Part shown: positions 21,087 to 28,562 of the stretch, piece after piece | Position numbering within the stretch: position 1 is the stretch's first letter | Layout: the number at the start of each line of letters is the position of its first letter | Origin: Bdellovibrionales bacterium | Lineage (GTDB): Bacteria; Bdellovibrionota; Bdellovibrionia; Bdellovibrionales; CAYMLA01 | Reading direction: 5' to 3' | NCBI GenBank assembly: GCA_965217115.1 | Contig: OZ244239.1 | Span: 2,096,784 to 2,160,783, forward strand | Length of the DNA: 64,000 nucleotides | The notes under the pieces: generated by a model | What the model saw: only the letters and a program-made list of their open reading frames with translations | What the model was told of the DNA's origin: nothing | The model's database searches: none | Program-made: the position numbers and the translations under genes

Positions 21087-21907
21087 GTCCAAGGAAACAG
21101 GTCAATACTCAGTTGATAAACCTCTGTTGGGTTTGACGTTGTGGTGACTTCCCTCTCAATCTCTTTTAAAACATTTAAAAACTTATTTCTGATTGAGTCA
21201 AAATTCTCTTGAGTTCCATTAAAGAGAACAGAGAGAGCATACTTTTGATTCTTCGTTAAACCATCAATTCTTGAGAAGGCATTTGTTTTCATTAAAGAGT
21301 GGTACGCGTGTGTGATTGATGAGTCCTTGGAGAGAAAAAAATGGTTCTTAACAATAGAGAGCTTAGGGCCGTTTCTCTTGATAAGGTTCATTGCTTCCAG
21401 GCGGGCGAGGAAGACTTCATACTGTTGGGATGAGATATTGAGCAGGTTAAGAATTAAGCTCTGATCTTCTTTGAAGGATTTTATTCCTAGAAGGAGATGT
21501 ATTAATTGAAGCTGGGGGGAGAGAAAGTACTGTTCGGAGAGGGAACTTTTGGAGTTAATAATATCTGCACTGAGATGGTCTTCAGTTCTCAATTTCTTCT
21601 CTCTAAAAGCTCTGATGGATTCTTTGAGTCTCCGTCTTCGATGGGGTAAGGAACTTCTCTGGTATTTAAAGAGCAATTCAATGAATTCAATCTCATCCCC
21701 GTTAAATTCTAGGTACTCGACAAGCAAGAAGAGCTGATCCCCACTCAGATGGGACTCCTCTTTAAAAACCTTTGAGAGATAGGAGCTTTGGATGTGGCAT
21801 TTCTTTGCGATCGTTCCAAAATTAAACTCAAGCCCCCTGCCCCTCTTGAGCTGAGAGGCCTGGCGGTGAAGGACTTTTCTGTAGTCATTCGTGCTGAATA
21901 TATCCAT
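21083..21907 (-). CDS. TIGR02147-family (DUF4423-type) HTH protein
   Basis: The N-terminus DYRKVLHRQASQLK...FNFGTIAKKCHIQSSYLSKVFKEESHLS fits, from memory, the TIGR02147 paralog family of Fibrobacter and Bdellovibrio. It is a paralog of 43779-44594. Confidence 0.6.
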   Translation of the reverse strand: MDIFSTNDYRKVLHRQASQLKRGRGLEFNFGTIAKKCHIQSSYLSKVFKEESHLSGDQLFLLVEYLEFNGDEIEFIELLFKYQRSSLPHRRRRLKESIRAFREKKLRTEDHLSADIINSKSSLSEQYFLSPQLQLIHLLLGIKSFKEDQSLILNLLNISSQQYEVFLARLEAMNLIKRNGPKLSIVKNHFFLSKDSSITHAYHSLMKTNAFSRIDGLTKNQKYALSVLFNGTQENFDSIRNKFLNVLKEIEREVTTTSNPTEVYQLSIDLFPWT

Positions 21908-22056
21908 AATTTATATAATACATGAATATCTCCATTTAAATAGTGAAATTATTAAATTTCCTATAATAAATTAATAAATTAATAAATAGACAGGGATAAT
22001 TGCCGGTGCTACGTGTGTTTACAGAATGTAACAAAACTAGAACGGGGGGATAAAAA

Positions 22057-22494
22057 ATGAAAAAGTTAATACTGTGTCTGTGTCTTTTAGGAATAGCCAG
22101 TCCATCGATGGCCATTGATTTCGATGGTGTTTGGGATGATATTTCCGATATAAGAAGATGTGAGAAAAAGGTTGAGGAACGGGATAATCAGATAAAGGAA
22201 CAGAAGAGACACATAAGAAAAATAACAAGAAAGCTAAGAAGATCAGAGAGACAAGTGGACGAACTAAATAGAGAGATAGAAGAAAAAGACGCCATCATAA
22301 GAGATCTCCGTAGAGGCGAAGGTGTCGTTATGCACATCTGTTCATCGGAGGCTTACTATGACGGACCCTATGTGGGAAGAGCCCGAACTAAAACTGAAGC
22401 AGAAGCAAAATCCATGGGAGACTGTAGAAGAACAAGCGAAAATAAACATTGGTGCAAAATCATTTCCTGCGAAAAATACACCGAGGGAAGTTAG
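22057..22494 (+). CDS. Small secreted coiled-coil / Cys-rich protein
   Basis: RBS GGGGGGATAAAAAATG, signal peptide MKKLILCLCLLGIASPSMA, a charged heptad-like middle, and a Cys-containing C-terminus. A rho-independent terminator follows. Confidence 0.6.
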   Translation: MKKLILCLCLLGIASPSMAIDFDGVWDDISDIRRCEKKVEERDNQIKEQKRHIRKITRKLRRSERQVDELNREIEEKDAIIRDLRRGEGVVMHICSSEAYYDGPYVGRARTKTEAEAKSMGDCRRTSENKHWCKIISCEKYTEGS

Positions 22495-22543
22495 TTAGGA
22501 TTTAATTTTTTAGTTAGGATTTATTTTATTTTAGTCGTGCTGC

Positions 22544-22572
22544 AAAGGCCACTCTAGGGAGTGGTCTTTTTT
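22544..22572 (+). terminator. Rho-independent terminator
   Basis: AAAGGCCACTC-TAGG-GAGTGGTCTTT forms an 11-bp stem (one G.U pair) and is followed by a T-run. Confidence 0.65.
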
Positions 22573-22574
22573 GA

Positions 22575-22926
22575 TTCTTTATGACAAACATATGACAAAC
22601 AAAACAATAGTGGAGTCAGTTTTTTTCTAGAGTCTCTCCCAAAAGAATCCAGCCCTTTTCTTGCTCAAACATCCGTTTGTCACCTTCCATTGCAGAGAAA
22701 TGCAATGGAAGTCGCCAAGCCAAACTCGCCGAAAAGAACTGAATTCTTTTGGAAGAGACTCTAGAAAAAAAGGCCGTATTCAATCAATGGATCAATGGAT
22801 CTCTTTCTATGACTGACCTCCATGTGTAACAACGCTGTTATCCATGGATAGTTTTAGAAAGAGAGCCCTCAAGATAGGTCTCTTGGGAACAGTTCCAGTA
22901 TTTATCACAAAGAACCCTTTTAAAAC
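22575..22926. repeat. Dispersed structured repeat, copy B
   Basis: Alignable to 8995-9360. The inverted-repeat arms are 22627-22650 and 22741-22764, with two substitutions in the right arm. It lacks the 20-bp TCTGATGAGCCGTTTTTTTT insertion of copy A. Confidence 0.85.
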
Positions 22927-23116
22927 TCCAAACTGACAATTTACGCTAGGGGGTAGACACCTTGAAAAAGCTCAGTGACCGATAGATTGATGTCTGAGCT
23001 GCCTTCTCCATGGCATAGAATATGTACTCTAGAACCTTGAAATTAACGGTATCAATCGTATCTAGGAGAGTTGATCTCCCAAGGAAATAGAACGATACCC
23101 AATAAGGAGATAAAAA

Positions 23117-23380
23117 ATGAAAAAGCTAATACTGTGTCTGTGTTTTTTAGGAATAGCCAGTCCATCAATGGCTGGTAGGGCTGGTGATATTTTGGGTAGT
23201 ACTTGGAGTAGTGGTGATAATAAAAGCGGGCATGAAGAAAAGATTAAAAAGATTAAAAAGCTGGAAAGTCAGATAGAGAAACAAAAGGGAGATATAGAAA
23301 AATTAGAGGAAAAAGTGGACAAAGTAGATGAAAGACTAGGTGCCCTCGTCAAACTCATATTCGGCTCTTCTTATAGGTAA
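23117..23380 (+). CDS. Truncated paralog of the 22057 secreted coiled-coil protein
   Basis: The signal peptide is near-identical (MKKLILCLCFLGIASPSMA). The ORF stops after 87 aa, and the homologous C-terminal coding sequence continues out of frame downstream. Confidence 0.5.
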   Translation: MKKLILCLCFLGIASPSMAGRAGDILGSTWSSGDNKSGHEEKIKKIKKLESQIEKQKGDIEKLEEKVDKVDERLGALVKLIFGSSYR

Positions 23381-23385
23381 TATTT

Positions 23386-23480
23386 GTGGGAAAAGCCCGA
23401 ACTAGAACTATAGAAGCACAAGGGATAATACTTATTTGTGCAAGATCACTTCCTGCAAAGACGACACCGAGGGAAGTTAG
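23386..23480 (+). pseudogene. Decayed 3' remnant of the secreted coiled-coil paralog
   Basis: GTGGGAAAAGCCCGAACTAGAACT...ATCACTTCCTGCAAAGACGACACCGAGGGAAGTTAG aligns to 22372-22494 (GTGGGAAGAGCCCGAACTAAAACT...ATCATTTCCTGCGAAAAATACACCGAGGGAAGTTAG) with an internal deletion and a stop codon. Confidence 0.6.
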
Positions 23481-23538
23481 TTAGTTAGGTTTTAATTAGT
23501 TAGTTAAAGTTAAAATTTTTTTATTTTAGTCATGCTGC

Positions 23539-23567
23539 AAAGGCCACTCTAGGGAGTGGTCTTTTTT
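23539..23567 (+). terminator. Rho-independent terminator (duplicate of 22544-22572)
   Basis: The same AAAGGCCACTCTAGGGAGTGGTCTTTTTT hairpin plus T-run. Confidence 0.6.
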
Positions 23568-23776
23568 ATTGAAGGTTGGCGCAATATGATGCTACGCATT
23601 TATGCGTGGAGCTTCCTTTAAAGGGAGTGATGTTTTTGGCGTTCGTTTCACTTATTTGTAAAACATGGGTGGGGCTGAAGTGGGTTTTAAGTCTTTGACA
23701 GGGATAAGCACCTAATATTGAATAGGTAGAGTCCCAAGAAGAGGGCCATTTAGTTTTTTTTTACACCTAGGAAACT

Positions 23777-25336
23777 ATGAGCGAAGAAGAGAAAAGAAGA
23801 CTAAAGCAACAGCTTTGGAGTATCGCCAATGAGCTGCGTGGCAGAATGGCTGCGGATGAATTTAGAGACTACATCCTGGGCTTTATTTTCTACAAATACT
23901 TATCTGAAAAAATGTTAAACTATGCCAACAATCTATTGAAGGAAGATTCCAAGACGTATCTCTCCCTTGATAATGATTCCCCTGAGAGCAAAGATTTGCT
24001 TGATGCAATTAAAGAACAGTCTGTTAGTAACCATGGTTATTTCTTAAAACCTTCTGAGTTATTTAGTGAAATTGCCAAACGGGGGAATGGGGATGGAAAT
24101 AATTTTATTCTCGATGATTTAACGCAAATCCTACGGAATATTGAGCAGAGCACAATGGGCCATGAGTCAGAGGATGATTTTGGTGATTTGTTTGAGGATA
24201 TGGATTTGGCATCCACTAAATTAGGTCGAACTGAGGCTGCTAAAAACACACTTATCGCAAAAGTGCTGTCCCACCTAGATCAAATTAATTTTGATTTAGA
24301 GAATGCCAATTCAGACGTCCTAGGTGATGCCTATGAGTATCTTATTGCTCAATTTGCAGCAGGAGCGGGCAAGAAAGCGGGTGAGTTTTACACTCCTCAG
24401 CAGGTGTCTAAAATTCTTGCCAAGATTGTAACCAATGGAAAAGCCAAATTAAAGTCAGTGTATGATCCCACTTGTGGCTCAGGCTCTTTGCTATTGCGTG
24501 TGTCTAAGGAAACCGAAGTCTCTAGCTTTTATGGCCAAGAACTAAATCGCACGACTTATAACTTGGCTCGAATGAATATGATTTTACACAACATCCATTC
24601 CCGTGACTTTAACCTTAAGCAAGAAGACACCCTTGAACACCCTCAACATATTGATGAGCGGTTTGAGGCGGTGGTGGCCAACCCCCCTTTCTCAGCTGAT
24701 TGGAGTGCAAACCCTCTTCATATGAATGATGATCGGTTTTCGCAATATGGTAAGCTGGCCCCGAAGACAAAAGCTGACTTTGCTTTTGTTCAACACATGA
24801 TTCACAGTCTTGATGAGAATGGAACAATGGCTGTGGTATTGCCCCATGGGGTGTTATTTCGTGGGGCATCAGAGGGTCATATTAGGAGATTTTTAATTGA
24901 AGATAGAAACTTCCTTGATGCAGTCATTGGTTTACCTGCGAATATTTTTTATGGGACAAGCATCCCCACTTGTCTCTTGGTTTTTAAAAAATGCCGTGAG
25001 GATAGTGGGAACGTTTTATTTATTGATGCCAGCAATGAATTTACTAAAGAGAAAAATCAAAATATTCTCACCGATGGGAACGTCAACAAAATCATGGAGA
25101 CCTTTAAAAATAGAAAGGCCATAGAAAAATACTCCTACTTGGCCCCATTAAGCGAAATTGAGGAAAACGGTTACAATCTAAACATCCCAAGGTATGTAGA
25201 CACCTTTGAAGAGGAGAAGCCCATAGACCTTGGAGCTGTCTCTAAAGATTTAAAAAGTCTAAATAAAGAAATGGAAGCCACAGATAAAGAGATCACCAAG
25301 TTTTGTGATGAGTTGGGTATTGCCACACCGTTTTAA
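23777..25336 (+). CDS. hsdM: Type I restriction-modification system methyltransferase subunit
   Basis: The N-terminal HsdM_N region is LWSIANELRGRMAADEFRDYILGFIFYKYLSE. The SAM motif is YDPTCGSGSLL and the catalytic motif is VVANPPFS. Confidence 0.9.
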   Translation: MSEEEKRRLKQQLWSIANELRGRMAADEFRDYILGFIFYKYLSEKMLNYANNLLKEDSKTYLSLDNDSPESKDLLDAIKEQSVSNHGYFLKPSELFSEIAKRGNGDGNNFILDDLTQILRNIEQSTMGHESEDDFGDLFEDMDLASTKLGRTEAAKNTLIAKVLSHLDQINFDLENANSDVLGDAYEYLIAQFAAGAGKKAGEFYTPQQVSKILAKIVTNGKAKLKSVYDPTCGSGSLLLRVSKETEVSSFYGQELNRTTYNLARMNMILHNIHSRDFNLKQEDTLEHPQHIDERFEAVVANPPFSADWSANPLHMNDDRFSQYGKLAPKTKADFAFVQHMIHSLDENGTMAVVLPHGVLFRGASEGHIRRFLIEDRNFLDAVIGLPANIFYGTSIPTCLLVFKKCREDSGNVLFIDASNEFTKEKNQNILTDGNVNKIMETFKNRKAIEKYSYLAPLSEIEENGYNLNIPRYVDTFEEEKPIDLGAVSKDLKSLNKEMEATDKEITKFCDELGIATPF

Positions 25337-25347
25337 AGGGGGGAGAG

Positions 25348-25764
25348 ATGGATAATGAAGAATTAGATTTAACATCTTTCTCTAGAGCAGTTGAGACGTT
25401 TAGGGTGGCACTCGATGAATACACAAAAGATGAAATCAATGATTTCGTCCGCGATGCTTGTATTCAGCGGTTTAAGTATTGTTATGATTCGTCAAAAAAG
25501 ATAATAAAGCGTTATTTAAAAGGGGTTGTCGATGACCCTATGGAACTTGAGAGCATAGGTTTAGCAAACTTAATTAGAGATGCTTATACAAGAGGCTTAG
25601 TTAAACATAGTTGGGATGTCTGGGATACGTACCGACTCAATCGCAATGCCACTTCCCATGGGTATGATGAGGCAACGGCCATCGGAATTGTTGAGGCATT
25701 GCCAGCCTTCTACCAAGAGGTCTTATTTTTATTAGAAAGGTTAGGCTCAAAAAATGAAACTTAA
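25348..25764 (+). CDS. HEPN-domain protein (nucleotidyltransferase substrate-binding, HI0074 family); putative toxin of a HEPN/MNT pair
   Basis: 138 aa with the Rx4H motif RNATSH, typical HI0074-like size, and an 11-nt overlap with the downstream MNT-encoding ORF. Confidence 0.7.
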   Translation: MDNEELDLTSFSRAVETFRVALDEYTKDEINDFVRDACIQRFKYCYDSSKKIIKRYLKGVVDDPMELESIGLANLIRDAYTRGLVKHSWDVWDTYRLNRNATSHGYDEATAIGIVEALPAFYQEVLFLLERLGSKNET

Positions 25765-27319
25765 ATTTGATGTCACCCCTGAAGAATTCTCCATAATAAG
25801 AGATATTTTAGAGAAGAATCTTTCCAGTCATTGCAAGGTTTGGGTATTTGGCAGTCGCGCTAAAGGCAGTGCCTTATTTAACTCGGATTTGGATGTGGCA
25901 TTAGAGTGTAAAACTAAAATAGCACAAAAATTTTTAATACAATTAAAAACAGATTTTGAAGAGTCAAGACTTCCATATAAGGTGGATGTTTTAGATATAA
26001 AGAGTGTCGAACCTTATTTTAAAGAGATCATTGATAAGCAGAAAACCCCTTTTCCCCTTGAAATAAAAAATAAAGTGCCAAAATTAAGGTTTAAGGAGTT
26101 TAGTGGGGAGTGGGAAGAAAAGAAGTATGGTGAGATGTACTCTTTTTTCACAACTAATTCACTTTCAAGAGAAAACTTAAATTATGAATATGGTAAAGTA
26201 AAAAACATTCATTATGGTGACATACATACGAAATTTACAACACTCTTTGATCTTGAAAAAGAGCAAGTCCCTTTTGTGAATAAAGGGGTAGATATTTCAA
26301 AGATAAAATCTGAAAGTTATTGTTTGGAAGGTGATTTGGTAATTGCTGATGCTTCGGAAGATTATTTAGCTATCGGAAAAACTATTGAGATAATAAATTT
26401 GAATGGTGAAAAAGTAATAGCAGGGCTACATACCTTTTTAGCAAGGCCCAATAAGCACAAGATAGCATTGGGTTATATTAGCTATTTCCTACAGTCTTGG
26501 AAATTTAGAAAACAAATAATGACAATTGCTCAAGGTTCAAAAGTTTTAAGTATTTCTATACCAAGACTTTCTGCAACAAAACTAACCCTACCAACCAAAC
26601 CAGAACAACAAAAAATCGCCTCATTCCTAACAGCAGTGGACAGAAAAATAGCCCACCTAAATAAAAAGAAATCCTTACTTGAGAGTTATAAAAAAGGCCT
26701 AATGCAAAAAATATTCTCACAAACCATCCGCTTCAAAACCAACGACGGCAACAATTTCCCCGATTGGGAAGAAAAGAGGTTGGGGGATACATCAGAAATA
26801 GTTGGGGGAGGCACGCCTCCAACGGGTATTAAGAAATATTGGGATGGTGATATCCAATGGTTTACACCTACAGAAATCAAGAACAAGTATGTATGTAACA
26901 GCAATCGAACTATTACGCGGGCTGGGCTAGACGCATCCTCGGCAAAGTTACTGCCCAAGGGGACTCTACTTTTTTCTAGTAGGGCTACTATTGGTGAGGT
27001 GGGAATAGCGACCCAGGAATGTACAACTAATCAAGGTTTTCAGTCCTTCATTGTTAATCAAAATCATGAGCCTGAATTTTTATATAACTGGATACTCCAA
27101 AATAAGAAGAAATTTATTAAAGGAGCTTCAGGTTCTACTTTCCTAGAAATCGGAAAGAATGAAATTAAAAGAATAGAATTAAACTTACCAATAAAACCAG
27201 AACAACAAAAAATTGCTTCATTCCTAACAGCAGTGGACAGAAAAATTGAACAATTGAATGAAAAGCAAAAATTATTTGGTGAATTTAAAAAAGCACTCCT
27301 CCAACAGATGTTTGTATAA
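25754..27319 (+). CDS. hsdS: In-frame fusion of a minimal nucleotidyltransferase (MNT) domain to the type I R-M specificity subunit
   Basis: The first 100 aa or so carry the MNT signature VWVFGSRAKGSALFNSDLDVAL. There is no stop before a canonical HsdS N-terminus (VPKLRFKEFSGEWEEKKYGE). Two TRDs are separated by conserved helices (PEQQKIASFLTAVDRKI x2). The DNA direct repeats 26597-26650 and 27194-27246 are near-identical. An in-frame GTG at 26075 is a possible separate HsdS start but has no visible RBS. Confidence 0.8.
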   Translation: MKLKFDVTPEEFSIIRDILEKNLSSHCKVWVFGSRAKGSALFNSDLDVALECKTKIAQKFLIQLKTDFEESRLPYKVDVLDIKSVEPYFKEIIDKQKTPFPLEIKNKVPKLRFKEFSGEWEEKKYGEMYSFFTTNSLSRENLNYEYGKVKNIHYGDIHTKFTTLFDLEKEQVPFVNKGVDISKIKSESYCLEGDLVIADASEDYLAIGKTIEIINLNGEKVIAGLHTFLARPNKHKIALGYISYFLQSWKFRKQIMTIAQGSKVLSISIPRLSATKLTLPTKPEQQKIASFLTAVDRKIAHLNKKKSLLESYKKGLMQKIFSQTIRFKTNDGNNFPDWEEKRLGDTSEIVGGGTPPTGIKKYWDGDIQWFTPTEIKNKYVCNSNRTITRAGLDASSAKLLPKGTLLFSSRATIGEVGIATQECTTNQGFQSFIVNQNHEPEFLYNWILQNKKKFIKGASGSTFLEIGKNEIKRIELNLPIKPEQQKIASFLTAVDRKIEQLNEKQKLFGEFKKALLQQMFV

Positions 27320-27328
27320 AGGCTGGTA

Positions 27329-27886
27329 ATGAATATGGAAAGATGTAGAAAGTGGTTAAAGTTTTTTGGGATCGGACTTATATCCCTTGTGTTAATTTAC
27401 TTTCTCTGGATTTCTCTCATAGAATTATGGTGCATATTCTCCTTAGGCGATAAAGATATTAAATCTACGATAATAGGTATATTTGTCACTGCCGTTGTTT
27501 CTTTAACAGGTATTCTTATCTCTAAAAAATTAGATAGAAAAAATCAAGAACAAAAAGATCTAAGAGACCTTAGGACCCCATCCTATGAAGAGTTTATTTC
27601 TTTTGTGTTTAAAGCAATGTTTTCTGTAAAAAAAGGCAGGAAACCTATGGGTGTAGGGGAAATTAATAAAGAAATGGAAAGGTTGACCCCGTTACTTATA
27701 GCGCAAGCCTCTGAAAAAGTTCTCCTTGCGTATGAAAGATTCAGAGAAGAAGAAGATGATGAGATTGAAAGAATAAATACTATATTAAAGTTAGTTTTAA
27801 TAATGAGGGAAGATTTAGGCTACACAAATAAAGGTATTTCTATTGAGACCCTCAAAAATATTTTTATAATAAAAGAGAGCGATTAA
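27329..27886 (+). CDS. Hypothetical 2-TM membrane protein embedded in the type I R-M operon
   Basis: Two N-terminal hydrophobic helices (FFGIGLISLVLIYFLWISLI and IIGIFVTAVVSLTGILI) precede a charged helical C-terminal domain. It starts 10 nt after the hsdS stop. I recognised no family. Confidence 0.5.
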   Translation: MNMERCRKWLKFFGIGLISLVLIYFLWISLIELWCIFSLGDKDIKSTIIGIFVTAVVSLTGILISKKLDRKNQEQKDLRDLRTPSYEEFISFVFKAMFSVKKGRKPMGVGEINKEMERLTPLLIAQASEKVLLAYERFREEEDDEIERINTILKLVLIMREDLGYTNKGISIETLKNIFIIKESD

Positions 27887-27908
27887 AAGACACTTAATAG
27901 AGAGACCT

Positions 27909-28562
27909 ATGGATTCTTTTAAGAAGTTAATAAATGAAAATTCAATATATTTTGAGAAGATGGAGTATTATTTTGCGATCGCCCAAGAAGCTGAAGTAAA
28001 TTTGAGAGACAACCCTGATATTTCGATAGAAAGCTGTAAATCACTTATAGAAGGAGTCTCGAAGTATATTCTTAGTGTGTTATTAGCTGAAAATTATAAT
28101 GATAACACTATTTCAAGAAAGAAGTTTAAAGCCATAGTAAATACCATGTTAAAAGAGGTGGCTAAACGCAGAGGAGCCATTGATGACAACCATTTTATAT
28201 CCCAATGCTTGGAGTTTGTAGGGATTTTAGGTAAAACTAGAAATGACAGGGGAGACATTTGCCATGGAAGATGCTCTCCTAAGGAAGAAGTGAGTTCTCC
28301 TGAACTAGCAAAGCTTGTTTTCAGTATGACTGATGCTGTGTTGTCATATATACTAGATATTTTTTTTCAAATAGAGGACCCTCGAATCAAAGAAGAAGAA
28401 TCTTACGATCATGAATCTCTTAGGGATTTCAATGATTATTTAGATGAAGAAAATCCGTTGGATGATGGCATAAGCTATAGTAAAGCTATTTTTTATCAAG
28501 ACCCCATAGCGTATAAAGTAAAATATGATAATTTCTTAGACAATCAAGAGGCCAATCAATGA
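27909..28562 (+). CDS. Abi_C-like (HEPN-superfamily) abortive-infection-type protein
   Basis: From memory, SIESCKSLIEGVSKYILSVLL ... GILGKTRNDRGDICHGR matches the Abi_C (PF14355) pattern with an Rx4H motif (RGDICH). It has an acidic C-terminal tail, and its stop overlaps the hsdR start (ATGA). Confidence 0.5.
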   Translation: MDSFKKLINENSIYFEKMEYYFAIAQEAEVNLRDNPDISIESCKSLIEGVSKYILSVLLAENYNDNTISRKKFKAIVNTMLKEVAKRRGAIDDNHFISQCLEFVGILGKTRNDRGDICHGRCSPKEEVSSPELAKLVFSMTDAVLSYILDIFFQIEDPRIKEEESYDHESLRDFNDYLDEENPLDDGISYSKAIFYQDPIAYKVKYDNFLDNQEANQ

